A stretch of DNA of 64,000 nucleotides from Meyerozyma guilliermondii (lineage: Eukaryota), in contig CP128821.1 of the NCBI GenBank assembly GCA_051546255.1, positions 620,001 through 684,000 on the forward strand. The letters are read 5' to 3'. The translations under genes and the position numbers were made by a program. This document shows, piece by piece, positions 50,883 to 60,713 of this stretch (within the stretch, counting starts at the first letter, position 1; each line of letters begins with the position of its first letter). The notes under the pieces were generated by a model. The model saw nothing but the letters and a program-made list of their open reading frames with translations. It had not been told where the DNA came from and did not search any database.

Positions 50883-52385
50883 ATGCAAGCTCCCAAAGAG
50901 CATCCCGCTTCTTGGTTTTGTCCGTCGCCCGAGCCCGTTTCGCTATTGCCTTCAAAAGTGGTCCTTGGTGGCCATTCTGGACGGTTAAAAGAGGTTGTGA
51001 AGCTTCCCAATGAAATGAATATCAATCCCAATGCAGACGAACTACTTCTTAAAGTTAAACTCATCGGTGTCAATTATAAGAAAGACATTGATCCACTTCG
51101 ACATCATGTTTTCAAAAACAAATATGCCACTGTGGTACCTTTCAACAAGATTATCGGCAAGATCCTGGCACTTCTGAAACATATGAGTTGCACCAATTTC
51201 AAGTTTCTGTCGAAATACTTGGTTTTTCCATATTCCAACTGCAATATTCAACACATTGAACCTTGTGATCATTGCCGTCGATTGACAAATGTCGAGCTAA
51301 CCAGAGACACCATGGATATGTTTTACCTTTATCCATGCTTGCGCAACCTCGAATATGGCATAACCATCGATGGGGGATTGCAAGATTACATCAAGATTCG
51401 ACTGCCGTCTCAGTCGCTTTTGGAGATTCCTATAAATGTAAGTTTGCACGATTGCTGCTTCATGATGGAAATCATGCTTCCCTTCTACATCTTTATGACT
51501 ACTTTATTCATAAAGTATGGCTACGACCAGTCGGGCAACAAAATAATGATCATACTCAACGACTCCAAAACCGAGACGAACGACGTTCTCATCGTATTGC
51601 AACAACTCAACATTGACCGGAAATCGGTCGTGATAATGGACCCTTCCACCATCAAACAGCTCTCAACCAAAGAAAAATCATCCTTGCACAAAAAATTTGA
51701 GTTTGTTCTATGCTTCAATTTTTCATCTACTTCACTCGACTTCACCGACTACTGCATTGCATCCGTGGGTCTTCCTTCGTCAAAATCAAGATTCCATGTT
51801 GTCTGGTTCGACCAGTATGCGCCTCTGGAGGCGTCCAAACTACGAAAACGTAGCGAAATGCTGACCGATAAGACTTTCCATCATATTCGAGTAGGACACA
51901 AGGACTTTGTTCACGCCCAAGATCTACTTTCCATGCTCTCCAGTTTCAATATTCTAAGACAATCGACCACCACCTCCAACCTGGAAGACTCATCAGACAC
52001 CCGTCCTTCTGTTTCCAGCCTCGAAACCTCACTAACTACTTTCTCAAATCAATCGCTACATCTGGGTTCAAGCAGCACAACTTCGTTTTCGCTCCAAAAG
52101 TATAACGAAGTGGTTAAAAATGGCAAATTCCTTAGGTTTCGGGACGAAGATTCCATTATCAATAGCGAAAGAGAAATTCGAAGCTCTCATGTTTCCTGGC
52201 TATGGTATGATAAGGACATTGATTTCTGCCGAGATTGCGAATTTGAAGACTTTGGGACTTCTACTCATAATATCAAAGATGTGAATTCGCTAATGATGGA
52301 CTCGGATGCTCAACCAAAGCGTATTTGCTACTTTAACAAACCATCCAAAACCGCCAATTTGAATGCGTTTGTACTCTCATCATGA
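50883..52385 (+). CDS. Degenerate medium-chain dehydrogenase (GroES/ADH-fold) protein of unknown function
   Basis: ELLLKVKLIGV, four-Cys lobe, YGITIDGGLQDYI and LLEIPINVS resemble ADH_N; no catalytic GHE or GxGxxG motif. Confidence 0.6.
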   Translation: MQAPKEHPASWFCPSPEPVSLLPSKVVLGGHSGRLKEVVKLPNEMNINPNADELLLKVKLIGVNYKKDIDPLRHHVFKNKYATVVPFNKIIGKILALLKHMSCTNFKFLSKYLVFPYSNCNIQHIEPCDHCRRLTNVELTRDTMDMFYLYPCLRNLEYGITIDGGLQDYIKIRLPSQSLLEIPINVSLHDCCFMMEIMLPFYIFMTTLFIKYGYDQSGNKIMIILNDSKTETNDVLIVLQQLNIDRKSVVIMDPSTIKQLSTKEKSSLHKKFEFVLCFNFSSTSLDFTDYCIASVGLPSSKSRFHVVWFDQYAPLEASKLRKRSEMLTDKTFHHIRVGHKDFVHAQDLLSMLSSFNILRQSTTTSNLEDSSDTRPSVSSLETSLTTFSNQSLHLGSSSTTSFSLQKYNEVVKNGKFLRFRDEDSIINSEREIRSSHVSWLWYDKDIDFCRDCEFEDFGTSTHNIKDVNSLMMDSDAQPKRICYFNKPSKTANLNAFVLSS

Positions 52386-52427
52386 ATAATGACTGTATAC
52401 TACTATGTACCATATAGGCAATAATGA

Positions 52428-55253
52428 TTATATGCTTATGCTATGACTATCTCCAAGTTCTTTGAAAGTATCAAAGAGAATAGCCCGAAGCTTGTACAAG
52501 TTGAGAATTCGAAGCTTCTCGTTCTTCAAGTGAGCATTATCGCTCGCTTGACCACAAGGCACTTGTACAGCTGGTGCGGAAAATGATTTTTCGAGAAATC
52601 GTATCGAAGGAATCGAGCCACCTTCTCTGATGAATAATGGGTCAGGAACGTTTGGACCCCAATTCTCTTTAATTTTTTTATAAAGAAGTTTGTAGGCCAC
52701 ATTTGTAGGATCACCTAACCACGGCTCTGCTTCATGGAATATATCAATCTTCAATTTGTTATCTGTTTCAAGATCTTTAAAAGCAGTTTCGAGAGACGAA
52801 ACCAATTGTTTCTTTATTGTTTCGAGATTCTGGTTTGGAACAATACGTAAGGAAATCGAAGCTTTGGCCGTCTGAGGAATAACAGTATTATTATTAGGAC
52901 CTGACACTTCAATTTTGTGTATAGTCAACGAAGGTTCACGCCATTTGGCAATTAACGACGGCACGTCCAGATTGGGGATATCCTTCTCGGCTGCAATTCT
53001 TTCAATTCTCTCGTAAGTTTTGATCTCCAGTTCCATAAGTGGTAAGCAATCGTCATAGAAATTGTCGATATTGATCTTATTTCGAGGTCCGCGAAGTTGG
53101 CCCAAAAGTTGAACAAGGTCCATAGTTGGCTCTCTCAGAACTCCTCCATCTACACCTGAATGACGATCAGGTTTACTGGACGAAACTGACAACGAGGCAT
53201 TGATAAGTCCACGCAAACCATAGTTCAAACAAGGAATTTCGTCGTCCATCCAGTACGAGTTGGAGAGCATAATCCAATCGACATCGCCAATAAATGATTT
53301 ATTTTCTGTAATGGCCCTTTGGAACCCCACAGAACCGGTTTCTTCCTCTCCTTCAAGGACAAAGACTATATCGCAAGTCAATTGTTTCGTTTGAAATAAC
53401 TCGGATACGGCATAAATTGCAGCTAAAGCTGGCCCTTTGTTATCTGACACACCTCGAGCGTACAAATTGCCGTCTTTTGCTGTCAAAATGAATGGGTTTG
53501 TGGACCAGTCGTCGCTTGAAGAAGCTTCAACCACATCATAATGAGCATACCAAAGAACTCGAGGGACCTTTTTGGTCGAAACCAGAGGAGCATTAGCACG
53601 GAAGCAAGAGTATACAATTGGATTTCCGTTGGCGACTGGGATTAATTTATTCTCCAGTGCTCCCAAATTTACCAAAAGTTTGCTCAAGAATTGGGCACAA
53701 GCTCTTGATTCTTCCAAATACAAGGTTGGGTTTTTCAGAATTGTTTTGAAGGATATGAACCCTTCAAGAGATGTCAATAGGTCATTGTTTGTATAACCAT
53801 GGTTATATTTTGTGGGTCTGACCTTGTTCTCGTTTTTTGGATTCAAACCAGCATTAGTAATGTCCCACAAACATAATCCCTGGTGTCCAGCGGATACCAA
53901 GAAAGATGAGCCTGAAGAGTTGGAAAACTTGCCCATGGCTAGTACAGAGGTGCTGGATGTGTTAAAAGCGCTGTTGTACAAATCGTCTTCATGGGACATC
54001 ACAATAGAGTCATTGGAAACGTCCTTAGGTAAGTTTGCTGGAACAGGGTTTGAGCGGAGTGTAAATTTAACCAAACCAGATTTAGTTGAAGCCTTGAAGA
54101 TGCAATCGTTGTGGAGTAAAAGACTAAGAATTTCGTCACATTGACCCGGGTATTGTTCTTGAAAATCACTAGTGAGCTCATTGTTCAGGCAAAAGTGGAA
54201 AGACCGAACTAATTGATTCGTTACTAAATCCCACACATTAACACAAGAATTAGAAAGACCAACGTAGACGTAGGACTCTTGGATAGTCATGGCAAGAATA
54301 GATGCAGTGTTTTCAAGAGTTTGCAACTCGGTGAGGGTGATACGAGGAGAACAACTTATACCCCAAAGCTTGATAGAACCGTCTCCTCCCCCACTTAAAA
54401 GGACGCTTTGATAGGTAGATGCATAATTGTTAACAAAATGAGGGGCCGTGGGCAGGTGACAGTCGAAAACTTCCATCACGTATATGAAGCCATTGTGAGC
54501 AAACCGCACTATATCGTCCGGTTTCGTTTCCACAAGGCGAACCAGGTCCAAGCATGAATGAGTTTTTTTGGTTTGTGCCGGGGTATTTGAGGAGCCTCCT
54601 GGGCCCTTGGAGTCAAAAAACCGATCGTAGCGAACATGAGGAAGTCTCTCATACTTTATTTCCGAGCCGGAACTGGCTGAATTGGGAGACAAATCACACC
54701 AAAGAATGCTGGCGTTTTGTGCTCCGAGAAACAACGTTCCCAAGGAGCTGGAATACGCAAGAGAAAATACATCGCCAATATCGACAGAAGAGTAAATGAC
54801 ATGGGTGCATGGAAATTCCGCTTTTGAAATGTCATAAACTCTTACCAACGAGTCAGAACCAGCAGCAAACAAAAATTGTTCATTTTCGGCCATCGCCAAG
54901 CATAGAACCGAAGCCGCGTCATCATGGCGTTCGGTACTGATAACAGTTTTTAGTGTATAAGTTTGTAAATCGAAAACAAGAATTTTGGCATCTTGAGTTC
55001 CACAAAACAAGAGCTCTTGTTTCGCATATGGAAGCACACAAAGAATAGAATGTGTATGTGACCACTTGTGTACTAATCTAGGTTCCACAGTTTCGGAAGT
55101 TTCAGCTTGATAGTTTCCAACTGTGGCTGGAGTTGAACTTCTAGACCCATTAACCAGTACTGGATTTGATCTTACGTTTATAGGAAGTTGTACACGTCCT
55201 AAAACTGGAGGGTTTTCTCCCGCATGTAAATTGGCTCCCATAAACGAAACCAT
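52428..55253 (-). CDS. DUG2: WD40 + M20 peptidase, glutathione degradation complex subunit
   Basis: N-terminal WD repeats with LPHVRYDRFFDSKGPGG; YAHYDVV, YARGVSDNKGP, EGEEE, REGGSIP, DNAHLKNE. Confidence 0.95.
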   Translation of the reverse strand: MVSFMGANLHAGENPPVLGRVQLPINVRSNPVLVNGSRSSTPATVGNYQAETSETVEPRLVHKWSHTHSILCVLPYAKQELLFCGTQDAKILVFDLQTYTLKTVISTERHDDAASVLCLAMAENEQFLFAAGSDSLVRVYDISKAEFPCTHVIYSSVDIGDVFSLAYSSSLGTLFLGAQNASILWCDLSPNSASSGSEIKYERLPHVRYDRFFDSKGPGGSSNTPAQTKKTHSCLDLVRLVETKPDDIVRFAHNGFIYVMEVFDCHLPTAPHFVNNYASTYQSVLLSGGGDGSIKLWGISCSPRITLTELQTLENTASILAMTIQESYVYVGLSNSCVNVWDLVTNQLVRSFHFCLNNELTSDFQEQYPGQCDEILSLLLHNDCIFKASTKSGLVKFTLRSNPVPANLPKDVSNDSIVMSHEDDLYNSAFNTSSTSVLAMGKFSNSSGSSFLVSAGHQGLCLWDITNAGLNPKNENKVRPTKYNHGYTNNDLLTSLEGFISFKTILKNPTLYLEESRACAQFLSKLLVNLGALENKLIPVANGNPIVYSCFRANAPLVSTKKVPRVLWYAHYDVVEASSSDDWSTNPFILTAKDGNLYARGVSDNKGPALAAIYAVSELFQTKQLTCDIVFVLEGEEETGSVGFQRAITENKSFIGDVDWIMLSNSYWMDDEIPCLNYGLRGLINASLSVSSSKPDRHSGVDGGVLREPTMDLVQLLGQLRGPRNKINIDNFYDDCLPLMELEIKTYERIERIAAEKDIPNLDVPSLIAKWREPSLTIHKIEVSGPNNNTVIPQTAKASISLRIVPNQNLETIKKQLVSSLETAFKDLETDNKLKIDIFHEAEPWLGDPTNVAYKLLYKKIKENWGPNVPDPLFIREGGSIPSIRFLEKSFSAPAVQVPCGQASDNAHLKNEKLRILNLYKLRAILFDTFKELGDSHSISI

Positions 55254-55503
55254 AGAAAGTTTAAATACGCATCTGCAGCATCGGTATCGTGAGTGTGACA
55301 CACATCCGATGCACCGCAGGTCCCGACCAAACACCGCGTATCCTGTATATTGATTAGCACCCTAACACCAAATTTTTATGACCTGCATATGGATTTTTAA
55401 ACATCCCTACACCTTTCGATAACCTGCATATTGTCCTCTTACCTCCCAGCACCTCATTTTCCCCTGCATACACGAATTTATTAAATTAGCCCTGCACATA
55501 ATA

Positions 55504-55544
55504 CCCCACGTGGGGCCGATGCCAAGTGAAAATATGCCCACGTT
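55504..55544. promoter_or_regulatory. Pho4-type E-boxes upstream of the phosphate transporter
   Basis: Palindromic CCCCACGTGGGG (55504-55515) and CACGTT (55539-55544), 100-135 bp upstream of the ATG. Confidence 0.7.
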
Positions 55545-55641
55545 TATGGGCTTGGCTTTAACTTGGATTCTTGTCACACGAGCTTATACTAAATTTTGAT
55601 TTTGACACCTTCACCTGCGTCTTGGCAGATAACCGTCAATA

Positions 55642-58461
55642 ATGAAGTTTTCACATTCGCTAAAGTTTAATGCCATTCCCGAATGGCAGGATTATTACTT
55701 AAATTATCCTACTTTAAAAAAAACAGTATATAAGCTCCAACAAGATCAACTTTCACAACGCGAACCAAATGATGGAAGTGAAGTGGTCGATGGAACTACG
55801 AAAACCACCATTTCGGACTTGAAGCACCAGCTCCAAAATACTTCGGCCCAGGGGCATCTGCAGGAAGGATCTTCATCTCGCGGCGGAGGCTCGGCACGTG
55901 CACGCCGATTGTTGCACCGGTTTGGTGGTCGCAAGGGAAAGTTGCAAAAAGTAAATGAAACCAATTCTAGTGAAAGTGATTTGGAACGTCAGATCGAGTC
56001 CTTTTCCAGTGAGAAGCGCGATAATGATTCGGCTGTTGTCGTTGAGTTTGACGCAGATTCGACATTTGATTTGGCAGCGGCTGCAAATTCCAATGTGGCC
56101 GATCCTGAAAGTCCCGAGTTCGATCCGCTTGTTGTGTTTGCATCACAGTTGAGTCGGGAAGTTAACAAGATTACCGAATTTTATAATGCCAAAGAAATCG
56201 AGGTTTTCAAGGATTATGATAATTTGATGAAGGATTTGGAACACAATAAAGTGAACTTTAACGATGTTTTCAGGTTCACAGAAGCGTACCACAATGACAT
56301 GTCCAATAGTGATTCTCATCACCAGTACCATATTACTTCGACTTTGGAACGCACTGTCAGTAATGGGTCTGTTTTTGACCATATTAACCATATTGACAAT
56401 GACATTGATGCCCATCGTGGGTTTTCTGATAACGAGAAACATGATTATGAAGATGACGAGGATGATGACGATGACGACGACGATGACGATGCTCCTAGCC
56501 AAAACTCTGCTTTGCTCAATCACACCGATTTCAATGTCAGAACGCAGCGGAAAATCGCCTTGCGCAAAAAATCGGTTGCGGTTTTTATTTCGTTATCTGA
56601 GTTGAAATCGTTCATTGAATTGAACAAGATTGGGTTTGCCAAAATTACAAAAAAGTTTGACAAAACTTGCAGTTATTCCATCAAGGAAGATTTTGTCAAC
56701 AACTATCTTCCTTCACATTCTCATGTTTTTGCACCCAACACTATTGCAACCATCGATGCCAGATTGGACCAGATTATCAAAGTGTACGCTTTCTTGACAG
56801 GAACCACTACAATGGAAGATGCTCGTACCGACCTTAAGTCTCATTTGCGTGAGCATATCGTATGGGAACGCAACACTGTGTGGAAAGATATGCTTTCATT
56901 GGAGAAGAAGTCATACAATTTGCACGTAGATGGCTCGACAGGAGCTGCCAAAATGGGTGATGAAGGTGCTGAAAGTTCTCTTTTGAACCTTAGATTGACC
57001 ACTGTCAAGCTTCCTTTTGGTTTGACAATTAAAGGTAGACTGACACTTACAATTCCAGCCTTCCTTTTGACTTGGCAAATGGTCAAATTGGCAGTGATTA
57101 TCATCACTTTCATCATTCTTTTAACGGTGAAAACTTTCAACGATCCAGTTCAACATCGTTGTTTAGCCGTCTTAGCGGCTTCCGCTATGATGTGGGCATC
57201 GGAGGCTCTTCCTCTCTACATCACTGCTATGTTGGTACCTTTGTTGGTGGTTACTTGTAAAGTGTTGAAGAATGAAGACGGCTCCACCATGAGCGGTCCT
57301 GATGCTTCTGCGTATATCTTGAGTACCATGTGGTCGTCTGTGATCATGATTCTTATGGGAGGATTTACGTTGGCGGCAGCTTTGTCCAAGTATGATATTG
57401 CCAAGGTGATTTCTTCATACATCTTGGCCATCGCAGGAACCAAACCCAGAAATGTGTTGATCTCCATTATGTCTGTGTCGTTATTTTTGGCTATGTGGAT
57501 CTCCAATGTGGCTGCTCCAGTGTTGTGTTACTCTTTAATCCAGCCTGTATTGAGAACCTTACCAACGGACTCTCCATTCGCCCAAGCTTTGGTTTTAGGA
57601 ATTGCACTTGCTTCAAATATGGCCGGTATGGCATCGCCAATTGCTTCTCCTCAGAACGTCATTGCCATAGAGCTGATGAACCCCAGTCCAGGATGGGGAA
57701 AGTGGTTTGCTGTGGCACTTCCAGTGAGTATCATTGGTATGGTTGGAATTTGGTTCTTGTTAATTCTCACTTTCAAAATTAGCGATGCTCGAATCAAGGC
57801 CTACAAGCCCATTAAAGATCCTTTCACCATGAAGCAATACTTTGTCAGTGCCGTCACAATCACCACCATCATTTTGTGGTGTGTTTTGTCAAAGATCGAG
57901 TCCACTTTTGGTGAATCAGGTATCATTTCTGTCATTCCCATCGTTCTCTTTTTTGGAACCGGTTTGTTAAAGACAGACGATCTTAACAATTTCCCATGGT
58001 CAATTATCTTGTTAGCCATGGGCGGTATCGCTCTTGGAAAGGGTGTCAGCTCGCTGGGCTTGTTATACACCATTGCTACAGCACTTCAGAAGAAAGTGAT
58101 GAACTTTAATGTGTTTGTCATTTTGATCATTTTCGGCGTTTTGATCTTGGTGGTGGCCACTTTTGTTTCCCATACTGTGGCAGCGTTGATCATCATTCCT
58201 TTGGTGAAAGAAGTGGGCGAGCAATTGCCTCAACCTCATCCTTTGATCTTGGTTATGGGAACCGCATTAATTGCATCTGGTGCGATGGGCTTGCCAACAT
58301 CTGGTTTCCCCAACGTTACAGCTATCAGTATGACAGACGAAGTGGGCAAGCCGTACTTGACGGTGAACACGTTTATTACCCGAGGCGTGCCTGCGTCTAT
58401 TATTGCGTACATCTGTGTGATCACCATTGGTTATGGAATCATGAATGCGCTCAAGTTTTAA
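55642..58461 (+). CDS. SPX-domain low-affinity phosphate transporter (Pho87/Pho90/Pho91 family)
   Basis: MKFSHSLKFNAIPEW SPX start, ELNKIGFAKITKKFDK, HIVWERNTVWKDM, WISNVAAPV, ASPQNVIA, SGFPNVTA. Confidence 0.95.
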   Translation: MKFSHSLKFNAIPEWQDYYLNYPTLKKTVYKLQQDQLSQREPNDGSEVVDGTTKTTISDLKHQLQNTSAQGHLQEGSSSRGGGSARARRLLHRFGGRKGKLQKVNETNSSESDLERQIESFSSEKRDNDSAVVVEFDADSTFDLAAAANSNVADPESPEFDPLVVFASQLSREVNKITEFYNAKEIEVFKDYDNLMKDLEHNKVNFNDVFRFTEAYHNDMSNSDSHHQYHITSTLERTVSNGSVFDHINHIDNDIDAHRGFSDNEKHDYEDDEDDDDDDDDDDAPSQNSALLNHTDFNVRTQRKIALRKKSVAVFISLSELKSFIELNKIGFAKITKKFDKTCSYSIKEDFVNNYLPSHSHVFAPNTIATIDARLDQIIKVYAFLTGTTTMEDARTDLKSHLREHIVWERNTVWKDMLSLEKKSYNLHVDGSTGAAKMGDEGAESSLLNLRLTTVKLPFGLTIKGRLTLTIPAFLLTWQMVKLAVIIITFIILLTVKTFNDPVQHRCLAVLAASAMMWASEALPLYITAMLVPLLVVTCKVLKNEDGSTMSGPDASAYILSTMWSSVIMILMGGFTLAAALSKYDIAKVISSYILAIAGTKPRNVLISIMSVSLFLAMWISNVAAPVLCYSLIQPVLRTLPTDSPFAQALVLGIALASNMAGMASPIASPQNVIAIELMNPSPGWGKWFAVALPVSIIGMVGIWFLLILTFKISDARIKAYKPIKDPFTMKQYFVSAVTITTIILWCVLSKIESTFGESGIISVIPIVLFFGTGLLKTDDLNNFPWSIILLAMGGIALGKGVSSLGLLYTIATALQKKVMNFNVFVILIIFGVLILVVATFVSHTVAALIIIPLVKEVGEQLPQPHPLILVMGTALIASGAMGLPTSGFPNVTAISMTDEVGKPYLTVNTFITRGVPASIIAYICVITIGYGIMNALKF

Positions 58462-59153
58462 TGGGATGTACACTAGAAATTATGTAAAGTTATGGAAAGA
58501 AAAGTTTCGTAATAGATGTTTAGATTAGAACAGACTTGAAAGTCAAGAAAATCAAGCAGAAAAAGTCAAGAAATAGTCAAGTCGTATTCTACAGACTATG
58601 AATAGTAGATCTGATCCAATCAAGCTATACCAATTGTTCATAACTAGTACAGACTCGACCTTATATGAAAGGAGTTCCTGGCTGCTAATCGAGTATACTT
58701 GAGTCACCAAACTTCACTTAACATGAAATACCAATTGCTGCAAAAAATACTTGGTATATGTTGAGATTCATTGTATAGGTGAAAATGTTTTACTGATTAT
58801 GATTGGATTGAATTGCACCAAGCTCAATGCTCTAGAGACAAAGCTCCAATTAGATTAAATCTGGTTCAAATTCCACGACTTCGAAAGTTGGTTGTACTAG
58901 GAGGGCCAATTATTGTAATGAGAAGTACTGAAAAATCAATACAACGAGTGGATAACTAGTAGTATTGTGTATACGAGACAAGCTATATCTGCTCAACTCA
59001 AAAAGAAACTATCTTAGAAATTAGAAGTAAACTTATTGAATATAGTTTTGAGGATCAACTCAAGTATCAAATGGTATGATAGTTTATTGGCATGATATTA
59101 GCTGAAAATCCTCTCATTTAATTGTACATTAATAAAGTTAGGTATTACATTGC

Positions 59154-60188
59154 CTACGACCCACTGCCGTCGTTTCTTCCTCCATCTCCCGATCCATATA
59201 TGCCGTATTGGATATTTTTAAACACATCATTGTTGTCCATGGTCTGGAAGAGTTTACCCACGTAAGGAGAATAATTGGGGTCGGTGAACGCAAAATTTAC
59301 TCCTTCGGCCAAGTATCCCTTCTTCTTGGCCTGATCAAAGTAATACTGTAAGTTGATATTATCGAGGACTCCGGTGTCGTAGAGTTTCAGGATGATATTA
59401 CCGAACATTTTCAATATACTGGTGTCGTTCATCACCTGAAGTACAACAGTGGGTACGATGCCGGTGTTGTTGAGCGCTTGGAGGATATCGTCGAGCGACT
59501 CGTTTACGAGGTTCGAGTCCAAGGCGGCGTTAATAAAGTTGTTGAAGAATTTTTGCGCCGAACCGGCGTACTGGTCGGAGCTGTCATCGGCAGAAACAGC
59601 GGCTTTGAGAACGCCTTGCAAGTTTGCTAATTTGTTGTTATTGTTGTTGCCATCACGTCTGTATGGTTTAAAGTTCCTGGCGGTGTCCGCGATCCATTTA
59701 GTGCTCAACTTGTGACCATTTCCAATATCTCGAAGAATCACCGAAACCCATATTTCAGAACTAAGAAACTGGCCGGTTTTGGAGGCCAAAAGGTTACGGT
59801 TTTGGTCATTTTTAAGGAGAGCGTCGGCCGTGGAGTTGATAAGTCCCGACTTGAGCGCCTGGTCCTTCACTGCCAGCACGTTGAGCGACACATTGAAGCC
59901 GGCAAGTGGGTTGGAGCCATTCCTGATGAATCCAGCCACCGTGTTGACAATGTTGTCTTGCTGGGTTTCTGAGGCTGCAAGGAGACCCAAAGCTGTGGTA
60001 ATGATTCCTGAATCATTGACTTGGCTAATAATGCCCTCTATTTGCTGAACAGTCAGATCATCCCGTTTTAAATTTTGGAAATTTTGGCTCAAGGATTCAT
60101 AGGCTTCGTCAAAGAGATTCGCGCCAGCAGCAGACGCTGCCACCACAAACGCCATGAGCGCTATGAGAAAGTTGAGCGGGCGCCACAT
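59154..60188 (-). CDS. Secreted OP4-like helical-repeat protein
   Basis: Signal peptide, LKR Kex2 site, repeats VNDSGII, ALKSGLI, ALNNTGIV; many N-glycosylation sequons. Confidence 0.6.
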   Translation of the reverse strand: MWRPLNFLIALMAFVVAASAAGANLFDEAYESLSQNFQNLKRDDLTVQQIEGIISQVNDSGIITTALGLLAASETQQDNIVNTVAGFIRNGSNPLAGFNVSLNVLAVKDQALKSGLINSTADALLKNDQNRNLLASKTGQFLSSEIWVSVILRDIGNGHKLSTKWIADTARNFKPYRRDGNNNNNKLANLQGVLKAAVSADDSSDQYAGSAQKFFNNFINAALDSNLVNESLDDILQALNNTGIVPTVVLQVMNDTSILKMFGNIILKLYDTGVLDNINLQYYFDQAKKKGYLAEGVNFAFTDPNYSPYVGKLFQTMDNNDVFKNIQYGIYGSGDGGRNDGSGS

Positions 60189-60713
60189 AATCAACTGGAA
60201 GATTAAAAAAAACTGTCCTTTAAAGCAGATAAACTTTTGGAGCGGGGTCTAATAAACACTGCATGCACCCGAAACAAAAGTTTAGTTGCATATGCCGATA
60301 CTTGCCTAAATAGGAAGGAACATGGCGCTAGGCGCAGGACCGGCTGACGAGCCGATTTTGAGCGGCGACATTGAAATGCGACATAGATGGGAGTTATGAG
60401 TAGCTGGTACACTTTTCCTGAGAAAACTACTCTTCCGTTGGTGGTTTAACTTTGGAGGGTCTTTTGGCAACTCCTAGACGATCAACTACTATAATTTCCT
60501 TATCGGGTAGTACACGTGACCCAGTCAATGAAATGTCCTATTTGGGTAAAGTTGTAGGATCATTTAACTAATCGGGTAACATTTTGGCACAACCAATGTT
60601 TGCATCTTGGCTAAAGAAAGTTTTACCTTATTTGCTTTCTTTTGCTTTGTTCTCGTCATTTATATTCCTTGACCCTCCCTAAAGAAAATAAACTTGGATT
60701 TTGACGTTTGGTA

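Noticed and set aside
58818..58880. AGCTCAATG...GGTTCAAATTCC resembling tRNA A and B boxes
   Set aside because: Acceptor, anticodon and T stems do not pair; no cloverleaf.
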